From NCBI GenBank assembly GCA_030549895.1, contig JAUQQM010000001.1, forward strand, positions 44,091-108,090: a DNA stretch of 64,000 nucleotides, in the 5' to 3' direction. The notes beneath the pieces are model-generated. The model was not told where the DNA came from. It ran no database searches and saw only the letters and a program-made list of their open reading frames with translations. Source of the stretch: Patescibacteria group bacterium (lineage in GTDB: Bacteria > Patescibacteriota > Minisyncoccia > UBA6257 > HR35). Of this stretch, positions 8,357-17,247 are shown one piece after another. Made by a program: the position numbers and the translations under genes. Positions within the stretch are counted from its first letter, which is position 1. Every line of letters starts with the position of its first letter.

Positions 8357-9065
8357 AAACAAAAATACTCAAAATTAAAAGAAGTGGCCAAAAACTAAAA
8401 GATTTAGCCTCTAAAAAAGATGGGTAGTTTTTAAAATAAATATTTTCTTTACCTGGAGTAAGAAATTCGTTTTTTAAAAATTTCCCCTCAAAATTACTAT
8501 AACCAGCATAATAAGTACCTAAAAAGTAGTTATTAACAAAAACATCAAACTTTTCTCCTTCTAAATCTACAGTAAAAATTTCTTTTGGATTTATTTTTTT
8601 ATCTAAATTAATTTCTTTTTTATCTGATTTTATGTATATTTTCACCTCAGAAGAAAAATCTCCTAAAAATTTAAATTCTAACCAATTGTGGCCAATTTCG
8701 TTGACTGAAATCAACTTTTCTAAAATTGGCCATTCTTTCTGAGTAATCAAGTTATTATTTTCATCAAATATCTTAACTATTCCACCTGAATTTTTAAGAT
8801 AAAAACTAGATTCAACTAATTTTTTATCTTTAAATTGAGGAAAATTTTTTAAAAATTCATCTTTATTTTGAACTATGTAAACCTCTTCTTTTGGCCCTAT
8901 AATAACCGAACTTTTAAAATAATGATATTTGCCATCAAAAATTTTCCAACCTTTCTTTGACCCTTTTAAAAAATAAAACTTATCAGAAAAATTTTTCAAA
9001 ACTATCCATTCTTTATTTTTATCATTTCCTGGGGGATTAAAATTTATATCTATAATCTCTAACAT
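8319..9065 (-). CDS. Lamin-tail-domain protein with C-terminal membrane anchor
   Basis: INFNPPGND..EWIVLKN and LKNSGG.VKIFD LTD motifs; hydrophobic C-terminus. Confidence 0.7.
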   Translation of the reverse strand: MLEIIDINFNPPGNDKNKEWIVLKNFSDKFYFLKGSKKGWKIFDGKYHYFKSSVIIGPKEEVYIVQNKDEFLKNFPQFKDKKLVESSFYLKNSGGIVKIFDENNNLITQKEWPILEKLISVNEIGHNWLEFKFLGDFSSEVKIYIKSDKKEINLDKKINPKEIFTVDLEGEKFDVFVNNYFLGTYYAGYSNFEGKFLKNEFLTPGKENIYFKNYPSFLEAKSFSFWPLLLILSIFVFIYFLKQNNHHH

Positions 9066-9067
9066 GA

Positions 9068-9925
9068 CTATTTAAAAACTCTTTTGTGAATTTCTTTCAA
9101 GTCCTCCCTGGTAAGGTGAGTATAAATTTGGGTTGTACTCAAATTTGAATGACCTAAAAGTGCTTGAACAGAGCGAAGATCAACTCCATTTTTTAGGAGT
9201 TTTGTAGCAAATTGATGTCTTAAGGTATGAGGAGTAACTTTTTTAGTTATACCGCTTTTTCTTGCCCAAAAGGAGACAATTTTTTCAACTGCTCTTGGAG
9301 TGAGTCTTTTTGGTGGATTTTTTAAATTAACAAATAAAGCTTCTTCAAAATCATTCCTTTCTTTAAGATAACTTTTTATTGCTTCTTTAGCACTTGAAGA
9401 AAGAAAAACAGCCCTTATTTTACCTCCTTTACCTTTAATAATGATTTCCCCTTCTTTAAAATTTACTTGATCCTTATTAAGACTGACAAGTTCGCTCAAT
9501 CTTAAACCTGTACTTAAAAGTGTTTCTAAAATCGCTTTATCTCTTTTTTCTTTTAAAGTCTGACCTTTTGGTGCTGAAAGAAGTCTTACAACCTCTTCTT
9601 CTCTTAAAATTAAAATTTCTCTCTGACGAAGTTTTGGAAGTTCTATAAGTTCTGGATTAAAAGTTTTAATTCCTTTCTTAACTAGAAATCTTAAAAAATT
9701 TCTAAGAACGATTAAAGCATAACCATATGTCTGAGGTTTTAAATTTTTATCATAAAGATAAATTCTATATTTCTTTATTGTCTCTTCTGTTATCTGACTT
9801 GGCTTTTTCACTTTTGTAAGTTTCAAAAAAATATCAAGATATCTTTTATAACTTTCTATTGTCTTTGGTGACCTTGCTTTCTCTATTTTTAAATATTTAA
9901 TATAATCATCAACTAAGTCTTTCAT
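9068..9925 (-). CDS. Tyrosine recombinase, XerC/XerD family
   Basis: TGLRLSEL, GKGGKIR, HTLRHQFAT, LLGHSNLSTTQIYTH (R-K-H-R-H-Y catalytic set). Confidence 0.92.
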   Translation of the reverse strand: MKDLVDDYIKYLKIEKARSPKTIESYKRYLDIFLKLTKVKKPSQITEETIKKYRIYLYDKNLKPQTYGYALIVLRNFLRFLVKKGIKTFNPELIELPKLRQREILILREEEVVRLLSAPKGQTLKEKRDKAILETLLSTGLRLSELVSLNKDQVNFKEGEIIIKGKGGKIRAVFLSSSAKEAIKSYLKERNDFEEALFVNLKNPPKRLTPRAVEKIVSFWARKSGITKKVTPHTLRHQFATKLLKNGVDLRSVQALLGHSNLSTTQIYTHLTREDLKEIHKRVFK

Positions 9926-9977
9926 AAAAGAATTATAAAATAATTCTTTTCCTAAAAAATTATGGTATAATTAAAAT

Positions 9978-10241
9978 ATGGCCTTAACAAGAGAAGAAAA
10001 AGAAGAATTAATTAAAAAATTCAGGCTCCATGAAAAAGATGTAGGATCCCCAGATGTTCAAATAGCTCTTTTGACTGAAGAAATTAAAAAACTTATAAAG
10101 CATCTTAAAGATAACCCTCACGACAATAACTCAAAAAGAGGCCTAATTCTTAAAGTAGCTCATCGGAGGAAACTTTTAAAATATCTTAAAAGAGTATCTA
10201 TAAGAAGATATAAAAAAATAGTTGAAGAGCTAAATCTTTAA
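9978..10241 (+). CDS. rpsO: 30S ribosomal protein S15
   Basis: DVGSPDVQIALLT...HL...D.NSKRGL. Confidence 0.96.
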   Translation: MALTREEKEELIKKFRLHEKDVGSPDVQIALLTEEIKKLIKHLKDNPHDNNSKRGLILKVAHRRKLLKYLKRVSIRRYKKIVEELNL

Positions 10242-10277
10242 AATTACCTCTAATTTTGTGTTATAATCTTATCTATT

Positions 10278-10625
10278 ATGGAAAAAGAAATTCTAATTGA
10301 TGCTACCGGAAAAAGTTTTGGAAGACTTGCTTCTTTAGTTGCTCATTTACTTCAACAAAAAGATTTACCTAGTTGGATGCCAAACAAAGTAATTGAAAGA
10401 AAAGTAAAAGTCATTAATCTTTCAAAAGTAAAATTTACTGGAAAAAAATTTAAAATAAAAGTTTATCGTCATCATACTGGTTATATCGGTCATCTTAAAG
10501 AAATAAAACTTGAAGATCTTTGGAAAAGGGATCCAATAAAAGTTTTTAAAAAAGCAGTTAGAGGTATGTTACCAAAAAACAGACTTCTTAAAAAAAGATT
10601 AAAACTTTTAAAAGTTGAAGTTTAA
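10278..10625 (+). CDS. rplM: 50S ribosomal protein L13 (short)
   Basis: IDATGKSFGRLAS, YRHHTGYIGHLK, AVRGMLPKN. Confidence 0.95.
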   Translation: MEKEILIDATGKSFGRLASLVAHLLQQKDLPSWMPNKVIERKVKVINLSKVKFTGKKFKIKVYRHHTGYIGHLKEIKLEDLWKRDPIKVFKKAVRGMLPKNRLLKKRLKLLKVEV

Positions 10626-10627
10626 TT

Positions 10628-11071
10628 ATGGAAGAATTAAAAGTAGAATCAATAAACTTAGAACCAATCGAAAAAAACTACCTGGAGGGAATAGGAAGAA
10701 GAAAAACGGCTGTCGCCAGAGTTAGGATTTATAAAAATCGATCGCAAGAGCCATTTAATATTTATATAAATGATGTTTACTATAAAAACTATTTTAAATC
10801 AATAGAGCTTGTAAAAATAGTTGATGCTCCATTAAGAAAATTAAAACTCCAAAACCTTTTAAAAGTGACAGTTAAAGTAAAAGGGGGAGGTTTTCGAGGA
10901 CAAGCAGAAGCTACAAGACTTGGACTGGCAAGAGCTATTGTCAAATTAATCCCTGAAGCTAGAACCAGACTTAAAAGAAGTGGGTTTTTAACTCGAGACC
11001 CAAGAGTAGTTGAAAGGAAAAAATATGGAAAGAAAAAAGCTAGAAAATCACCTCAATGGCACAAAAGATAA
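10628..11071 (+). CDS. rpsI: 30S ribosomal protein S9
   Basis: GRRKTAVARV, GGGFRGQA, LTRDPRVVERKKYG..KARK.PQW.KR. Confidence 0.96.
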   Translation: MEELKVESINLEPIEKNYLEGIGRRKTAVARVRIYKNRSQEPFNIYINDVYYKNYFKSIELVKIVDAPLRKLKLQNLLKVTVKVKGGGFRGQAEATRLGLARAIVKLIPEARTRLKRSGFLTRDPRVVERKKYGKKKARKSPQWHKR

Positions 11072-12114
11072 GACTAAGAACTATCTTTATAATTTTTATA
11101 ACTTTAAACCTCATAGGCCTTATAATTCTTTACTCAGCTTCAATAGCTCCTAGTCTTCATCTTTATAACGATCCTTATTTTTTTATAAAAAAGCAACTTT
11201 TATTTTTGTTTCTTTTAGCAATACCTGGTTTTTTGTTTTTTTTAATAGTTCCGGAAAAATTTTTAGAAAAACTTTCTTATATAATACTTTTAGCAAATCT
11301 AATTTTACTTGTCCTTGTCTTTTTTCCAGGAGTCTCTGAAGGTAAATTTAAAAGATGGATTACCGTAAGTAGTTTTTCTTTTCAACCAGCAGAATTTTGG
11401 AAATTTTCTTTTCTTTTGTTTTTTTCTTTTTATTTAACAAGAATAAACTTTAAAAAGTTTTTATTCTTTCTTTTTTTTCTTATTTTAGGTTTTATTCTAA
11501 TTCTTTTAGAGAAATCTTATAGTAATTCTTTTATTTTCTTGTGCATAGGAATTTCTTTAATTTTAAAATTACCAATTAAAAAAACAAGGTTAATTCTTCT
11601 CTTAGGGCCAGTTATTTTGATTTTACTTTTGATTGGAGCTATTTCAGCAAGTTATAGAATAGAAAGAATAAAAACATTTCTTGAAAAAAATGAAACAAGT
11701 ACTGGATTTTGGCAAATAGATCAGGCAAGAAATGCTTTTATTTCAGGTGGCCTATTTGGTAAAGGATTTGGTAATGGAAAAATAAAAACTTTTATTCCTC
11801 AAGCTTATAATGATGCTATCTTTACTGTTGTTGGTGAGGAATTAGGTTTTGTAGGTTCTTTTATAATTTTAGTCATTTTTTATGTGATGTTAAGTCTTAT
11901 GTTAAAAGTAAGTTTTAACTCAAACGATTTCCTTTCTCTTTATTCGTTTGGCCTTTTAGTTTGGGTTTTAATGCATCTTATTCTCCATTTAGTAACAGTT
12001 TTGGGTATTTTTATTCCTACAGGAATTAATTTTCCATTTTTTAGTTATGGAGGTTCTTCTTTAGTAAGTCTTTGGTGGGCTTTTGGAGTTCTTTTTAGAA
12101 AAAGTCTCTTTTAA
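11056..12114 (+). CDS. ftsW: SEDS peptidoglycan polymerase, FtsW-like
   Basis: RWI...FQPAEFWK, GGLFGKG.G, D.IF..VGEELGF, PTGI.FPFFSYGGSSL. Confidence 0.8.
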   Translation: MAQKIRLRTIFIIFITLNLIGLIILYSASIAPSLHLYNDPYFFIKKQLLFLFLLAIPGFLFFLIVPEKFLEKLSYIILLANLILLVLVFFPGVSEGKFKRWITVSSFSFQPAEFWKFSFLLFFSFYLTRINFKKFLFFLFFLILGFILILLEKSYSNSFIFLCIGISLILKLPIKKTRLILLLGPVILILLLIGAISASYRIERIKTFLEKNETSTGFWQIDQARNAFISGGLFGKGFGNGKIKTFIPQAYNDAIFTVVGEELGFVGSFIILVIFYVMLSLMLKVSFNSNDFLSLYSFGLLVWVLMHLILHLVTVLGIFIPTGINFPFFSYGGSSLVSLWWAFGVLFRKSLF

Positions 12115-12912
12115 AAGATTTTGAGCTTCTTTCATAACTTCATCATATTTTTCTTTTAGAATATTTTTCAACAAATTTTTATCTTTATCAAAAAGATCTA
12201 AAACTAAAATAACATCAATATTTAAAAGCTCTTCTAATTTTTTTTGATCTAAGGTTAAAAGAATTCCTATTGGCCAAAGTCCCCAATGAGTAATAAGTTG
12301 AAAAAGATTCTCATCAAGTGGCCAATTCCAACTTGTTATTTTTATACCCCGACAGTTGCAAAATTTAAAAGCATCTAAAGTTATTTTTGTATTAGTTACA
12401 ATCCAAGGCACTAAATTACTTTGAGATTTTTCTTTTAAGTCTAAATATCTTGCCCAAAGAACTAAAATATGTTTTGTATCTGTTTTAATACCTTGAGTGT
12501 TATGAAATTTACACTCTATTATGTAATTTAAGTCTTGATTTTTTGCTAAAATATCTATCTCATGAATAGCGCATTTTCCTTCTAAAGTAACATTAAGCTT
12601 TGTTTGAAAACCATAAGCATTTAGAACTCTAGCAAAGTACTTTTCAAAAGGAAAACCAGTTGGTCCAAACCTTAAAATACCTTTTTTAAGATTGTATTTT
12701 GTAGCAAGAGTTGGATGGTTTATTTTTAAATAATCAAGAATTATTAAAAAAATTTCTTGACTTGATCTTGCTTGCAAAATTTTATCTTTTAAATTTTCAT
12801 AAATTTCTTCTGCTTCTTGGAGAGAAAAACCAAGTTTTGAAAGAGAGGTTAAAATTTTCTCTTTACTAAATTTTTCAAGCTCATTTGTTTGTTTGTAAAT
12901 TAATTTTTCCAT
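12061..12912 (-). CDS. ATP-cone domain + Mrr-like PD-(D/E)xK nuclease protein
   Basis: N-terminal EKFSKEKI ATP-cone-like region; GPTGFPFEKY, HEIDILA...IECKFHN. Confidence 0.75.
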   Translation of the reverse strand: MEKLIYKQTNELEKFSKEKILTSLSKLGFSLQEAEEIYENLKDKILQARSSQEIFLIILDYLKINHPTLATKYNLKKGILRFGPTGFPFEKYFARVLNAYGFQTKLNVTLEGKCAIHEIDILAKNQDLNYIIECKFHNTQGIKTDTKHILVLWARYLDLKEKSQSNLVPWIVTNTKITLDAFKFCNCRGIKITSWNWPLDENLFQLITHWGLWPIGILLTLDQKKLEELLNIDVILVLDLFDKDKNLLKNILKEKYDEVMKEAQNLLKETFSKKNSKSPPKTY

Positions 12913-13405
12913 AACTATACTTCAAAAATTCATAAAGTCCTATCAAAGTAAAAAATGTTAAAAATTTATCTAACCTTAAAAAATTAAAAACAAAAAAGGT
13001 CTGGCCTAAAATAAAAGAACTAAAAAGAAGGTTAAAGATTTTCTCTTTTTCGAGAATAAGAAAAATGAAAATAAAAATTAAAAACTCAACTAGATTTATA
13101 CCTGAAAAAGAAAGACCAAAAAAGGTGAAAATTTTTAATAGATCAAAATTCTGAGACCAATAAAAAATATGCAAAAGAAAGAAAAGAAAGCTTAAAATTA
13201 TCCCAAAAATTCCTTTTTCAAAGATAAAAATGAAAAGCAAATTTGAAAAAATGCTTTTTAAAATAAAGCTTATTTTGAAATTAAAATAAAAAGTACCTAC
13301 GAGGGTAAATAAAAAAACTAGAAAAGGAATTTTTTGAAAGTAATTAGCTAAAAGTAAAAATAAAAAAACCAGATCAAATATCAAGATTTTTGGCTTGAAT
13401 TGCAT
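12881..13405 (-). CDS. Hypothetical integral membrane protein
   Basis: Phe/Leu-rich 174-aa ORF overlapping both neighbours. Confidence 0.55.
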   Translation of the reverse strand: MQFKPKILIFDLVFLFLLLANYFQKIPFLVFLFTLVGTFYFNFKISFILKSIFSNLLFIFIFEKGIFGIILSFLFFLLHIFYWSQNFDLLKIFTFFGLSFSGINLVEFLIFIFIFLILEKEKIFNLLFSSFILGQTFFVFNFLRLDKFLTFFTLIGLYEFLKYSYGKINLQTNK

Positions 13406-15266
13406 GTAATTCTATAAATTTCTTTCGAGGTTCAATTTCGTGACCCATTAAAATAGTAAAGTATTTCTCTGCTTCTTGAGCATCTTTTATGGTAGCTTTT
13501 TTAAGAATTCTTTTCTCAGGATTCATTGTTGTTTCCCAAAGTTCTTCAGGACTCATTTCTCCTAAACCTTTATATCTTTGAACCTCGAAGTTTTCTTTAA
13601 TTTCAGAAATTATTTTTTCTTTTTCTTCATCAGAATAAGCATATCTTACTTGGTTTTTAAATTTTATCTTATAAAGAGGAGGTTGGGCAATATAAATATG
13701 GCCAAACTCAATTAGTGGTCTTGTATATCTATAAAATAAAGTAAGAAGAAGAGTTTTAATATGATTTCCATCGATATCTGCATCAGTGGCAATTATAATT
13801 TTTGAATATCTTAAATTTTCTATCTTAAAATCTTTACCAAAACCTGTACCAAGAGCAATTATAAGATTTTTAATTTCTTCTGACTTTAAGATTTTATCTA
13901 AAGATGCTTTCTCGACATTTAAAATTTTTCCTCTTAAAGGAAGAACAGCTTGAAAGTGTCTGTCTCTTGCCTGTTTGGCTGAGCCACCAGCTGAATCACC
14001 TTCAACTATAAAAATTTCTCTTTCTTCTTTTTTTCTACTACTACAATCAGCTAACTTCCCTGGTAAGCCAAAACCTAAAATAGAACTTTTCTTTAAAACT
14101 GCTTCTCTAGCGCTTTTAGCTGCTATTCTTGCTTTTGCTGAAATTGAAATTTTATTTAAAATATACTTGGCATCAGTCTCATTTATTTCTAAAAATTCTT
14201 TAAATCTTTTATAAACAATACCCTCAACAATAGATCTTATCTCTGGGTTACCTAATTTTGACTTTGTCTGTCCTTCAAATTGAGGGTTAGGGATTTTAAC
14301 AGAAACAATTGCAATAATGCCTTCTCTTGTATCATCACCAGTGAAGTTTTCGTCTTTTTCTTTTAAAAATTTCTTTTCTCGAGCAAAATCATTTATAGCT
14401 TTAGTAAGGCCTGATCTAAAACCAGTAAGATGAGTTCCTCCTTCTTTATTTTTAATGTTGTTGGTAAAAGCTAGCTCAAGAGAGTCATTATCCTCTGTAT
14501 AAGCTAGAGCTAATTCAATAAAATTTTCGCCTTCTTTTTCGTTTACATAAAATACTTCTTTATGAATAGTTTTTTTAGAAAAAAGTAAATAATTTATAAA
14601 ACTTTTAATTCCATTTTCAAAATAAAAACAGTACTTCTTTAAATTTTTTCTTTCATCAAAAATGAAAAATCTTACACCTGGAGTCAAAAAAGCTTGCTCT
14701 CTAATATGAGAAATGATTCTTTCTAAATCAAATTCTATTTCTTTAAAAATTTTCTTGTCAGGTTTAAAAGTAACAACTGTTCCTGTTTTTTTTGTCTTTT
14801 CTAATTTTTTAACTGGACCAAGAGGTTTACCCTCTTTATATTGTTGAAACCAAACATAACCATCTCGATAAACCTTAGCTATTAAAGTCTCGGAAAGAGC
14901 ATTAACAACCGAAACTCCTACACCATGAAGTCCACCAGAAACTTTATAAACCTGATTAGAAAATTTTCCTCCAGCGTGAAGATAAGTCATAACAGTCTCT
15001 AGGGCTGTTTTTTTAGTTTTCTCATGAATATCAACTGGTATACCTCTACCATCATCTTCAACTTCAATGAAATTATCTGGTAAAAGTCTAATTTTTATGT
15101 TTTTTGCATAGCCAGCTAAAGCTTCATCTATAGAATTATCAACTACTTCCCAAATTAAATGGTGAAGCCCTTCAGGGCCAGTAGTTCCAATATACATTCC
15201 TGGTCTTTTTCTTACTGGCTCTAGACCTTCTAAAACCTCTATTTCTTTGGCAGTATATTCTGTCAT
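13374..15266 (-). CDS. gyrB: DNA gyrase subunit B
   Basis: VRKRPGMYIG, EVVDNSIDE, GGLHGVG, EGDSAGG, PLRGK, QRYKGLGEM. Confidence 0.96.
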   Translation of the reverse strand: MTEYTAKEIEVLEGLEPVRKRPGMYIGTTGPEGLHHLIWEVVDNSIDEALAGYAKNIKIRLLPDNFIEVEDDGRGIPVDIHEKTKKTALETVMTYLHAGGKFSNQVYKVSGGLHGVGVSVVNALSETLIAKVYRDGYVWFQQYKEGKPLGPVKKLEKTKKTGTVVTFKPDKKIFKEIEFDLERIISHIREQAFLTPGVRFFIFDERKNLKKYCFYFENGIKSFINYLLFSKKTIHKEVFYVNEKEGENFIELALAYTEDNDSLELAFTNNIKNKEGGTHLTGFRSGLTKAINDFAREKKFLKEKDENFTGDDTREGIIAIVSVKIPNPQFEGQTKSKLGNPEIRSIVEGIVYKRFKEFLEINETDAKYILNKISISAKARIAAKSAREAVLKKSSILGFGLPGKLADCSSRKKEEREIFIVEGDSAGGSAKQARDRHFQAVLPLRGKILNVEKASLDKILKSEEIKNLIIALGTGFGKDFKIENLRYSKIIIATDADIDGNHIKTLLLTLFYRYTRPLIEFGHIYIAQPPLYKIKFKNQVRYAYSDEEKEKIISEIKENFEVQRYKGLGEMSPEELWETTMNPEKRILKKATIKDAQEAEKYFTILMGHEIEPRKKFIELHAIQAKNLDI

Positions 15267-15267
15267 T

Positions 15268-16251
15268 TTAGATTAAATTCTTTGGGGAGTTAGTTAAAAA
15301 ACTTAATATATTCTCTAAAGAAGTTTTCAAAATTCTTTCTTTTGCTTCTTTACTATTAAATGCATTATGAGGTGAAATTAAAACATTTGGGTGCTTCATA
15401 AGAAGATGATTTTCAATTAAAGACTTTAATTTTTCTACTTTTTCTGAATTTTTTAAATATTCGAGCTCTTCTTTAAGAAGTTCTTCTTCTTCAAGAACAT
15501 CTAGAGCAGCACCAGCAATAATTCCATTTTCCAGGCCTAAAATCAGTGCCTCAGTCTCAATTACACTCCCTCGAGAGGTATTTACTATATAAACACCTTT
15601 TTTAACTATTTCAAGACAGTTTTTATTAAAAAGATGATAGGTATCTGGTGTTGCTGGAACATGAAAAGTTAAAATATCTGCTTCTTTTAAGATATCAAAA
15701 TAATCTTTGTAAATAACACCAATATCTTTTTTAATAAGGTCATAGGCAAGAACATTCATTCCAAAACATTTAGCTATTCTGCAAACTCTTTCTCCTATTT
15801 TCCCTGTACCAATTACTCCTAAAGTCTTTCCTTTAAGATCAGCACCTTCAAGTCCTTCAAAATCAAAAACTCCAGTTTCTTTTATTCTATCTATAGCAAA
15901 GTATATTTTCCTTAAAAGACTTATCATAAGACCAAAAGTATATTCTGCTACTGTATCTGAACCATAATCAGGTACATTACTTACAAGAATTTTATTTTTT
16001 TTGCAATAATCAATGTCTATATGGTCAAATCCTGTTGAGCGAGTGACAACAAGTTTTAAATTTTTGAATTTTGAAAGGTTTTCTTCGTTCAAGATTGAAT
16101 TAATAAAAACGCATAAAATTTGAGCATCGGGTAAATTTTTTAAATCTTGTAATTTTTCTTGAAAATAAAAAGTTTCTAAATCTTTATCTTTTAAATTTTC
16201 CTCAAAAAAACTCCTTTCTTTTTCATTAACTTCAAAAAAAGCTATTCTCAT
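15268..16251 (-). CDS. D-2-hydroxyacid (D-lactate-like) dehydrogenase; true start ATG 16251
   Basis: TRSTGFDHID, GVIGTGKIG, NTSRG, LDVLEEE, PHNAF; the ORF-track N-terminus is tRNA sequence. Confidence 0.88.
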   Translation of the reverse strand: MRIAFFEVNEKERSFFEENLKDKDLETFYFQEKLQDLKNLPDAQILCVFINSILNEENLSKFKNLKLVVTRSTGFDHIDIDYCKKNKILVSNVPDYGSDTVAEYTFGLMISLLRKIYFAIDRIKETGVFDFEGLEGADLKGKTLGVIGTGKIGERVCRIAKCFGMNVLAYDLIKKDIGVIYKDYFDILKEADILTFHVPATPDTYHLFNKNCLEIVKKGVYIVNTSRGSVIETEALILGLENGIIAGAALDVLEEEELLKEELEYLKNSEKVEKLKSLIENHLLMKHPNVLISPHNAFNSKEAKERILKTSLENILSFLTNSPKNLI

Positions 16252-16253
16252 TG

Positions 16254-16325
16254 TGGGTGCGGGAGGGATTGAACCTCCGACCTCGGTCTTATCAGGACCG
16301 CGCTCTACCACTGAGCTACGCACCC
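16254..16325 (-). tRNA. tRNA-Ile(GAT)
   Basis: GGGTGCG...CGCACCC-A; anticodon arm CGGTC-CTGATAA-GACCG; TGATATAAT just upstream. Confidence 0.93.
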
Positions 16326-16347
16326 AAAAAATAATTATATCATCTTT

Positions 16348-16530
16348 TTATTTTAGAAAATTTTTATACTCTAGGTCGTATGATTGGAGATTTTTTATTT
16401 CTTGAGGTGGGATTGTTACCTCATTAAAGAAATTAATAATCTTGTATAAAATAAAAACAAAACCAAAAACATAAATAACAAGAAAGACGATGGAAAGAAG
16501 GTTTATTAATTTTAATTTCAACTCTTTCAT
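16348..16530 (-). CDS. Small single-TM protein
   Basis: 60 aa; ATGA overlap with the upstream gene. Confidence 0.55.
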   Translation of the reverse strand: MKELKLKLINLLSIVFLVIYVFGFVFILYKIINFFNEVTIPPQEIKNLQSYDLEYKNFLK

Positions 16531-17036
16531 TTTAAAATATAGCCAGTTGCTTCAATAATAAAATTACCCCCAGAAAAACTTATATTTTCTATTTTGATAA
16601 GATATCTACTTTCAAGCGCCTTTAAAAATTTAACAATATCATTCATGTTATTTTTAAGGTTATCAGTTTTTAAAAAAACAGAAAATTTTATTTTATTTTC
16701 ATTTTCTAAAATTTCATATTTTACTTCTGGTAAAAGATTATATAAAATAGCGATACTTGCTATTTTATTTTTAAAATCTAAAATATCATCCTGGTTAAAA
16801 AATAAATTTTTGATTTTTCTCATATCTTCTCCTATAGCTTGTCTTTCGTTTAAAAGTTGGTTGTAATGACTAATTTTTTGTTGATTATCAAAATTTTCTC
16901 TTTGAACAAGACTTATTTGTTGAGTAATTTTTTTTAGTTTATCTGACCAGTAAAAAATACTTAAAACAGTAAATAAAAGTAAAAATAAAAAAACTAATCC
17001 AGAGATCATCATTTTTTTTACTAAAATCTTTCTCAT
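16527..17036 (-). CDS. Bitopic membrane protein, PilO/GspM-like architecture
   Basis: N-terminal TM, coiled coil, then FLKALE..YLIKIENISF-type C-terminal domain. Confidence 0.5.
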   Translation of the reverse strand: MRKILVKKMMISGLVFLFLLLFTVLSIFYWSDKLKKITQQISLVQRENFDNQQKISHYNQLLNERQAIGEDMRKIKNLFFNQDDILDFKNKIASIAILYNLLPEVKYEILENENKIKFSVFLKTDNLKNNMNDIVKFLKALESRYLIKIENISFSGGNFIIEATGYILK

Positions 17037-17155
17037 TAAGGAGCTAGCCTTTTTCTTCCTTTTCTTCTTCTTGATCTAAGAATTCTTCTACCTGAGGGCG
17101 TTGAAGATCTCTTTAAAAAACCACTTTTCCTTTTTCTTTTTAAATTTGTCCCCAT
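17036..17155 (-). CDS. rpmH: 50S ribosomal protein L34 (absent from ORF track)
   Basis: MGTNLKRKRKSGFLKRSSTPSGRRILRSRRRKGRKRLAP; divergent from dnaA. Confidence 0.92.
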   Translation of the reverse strand: MGTNLKRKRKSGFLKRSSTPSGRRILRSRRRKGRKRLAP

Positions 17156-17247
17156 ATTTTCCACAACTTTTATTCAAAGTTATTCTTTTTTATGGCAAGA
17201 ACATTCTGTTTACAATTTGTTTATAATATTATAATTGATAAATTAAA
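17156..17247. promoter_or_regulatory. rpmH-dnaA intergenic region with DnaA-box-like site and dnaA promoter
   Basis: TTTTCCACA at 17157-17165; TATAAT at 17222 and 17230. Confidence 0.55.

Noticed and set aside
9068-9925. Prophage or island integrase
   Set aside because: Size and motifs fit housekeeping Xer; no phage genes, att repeats or dif site seen.
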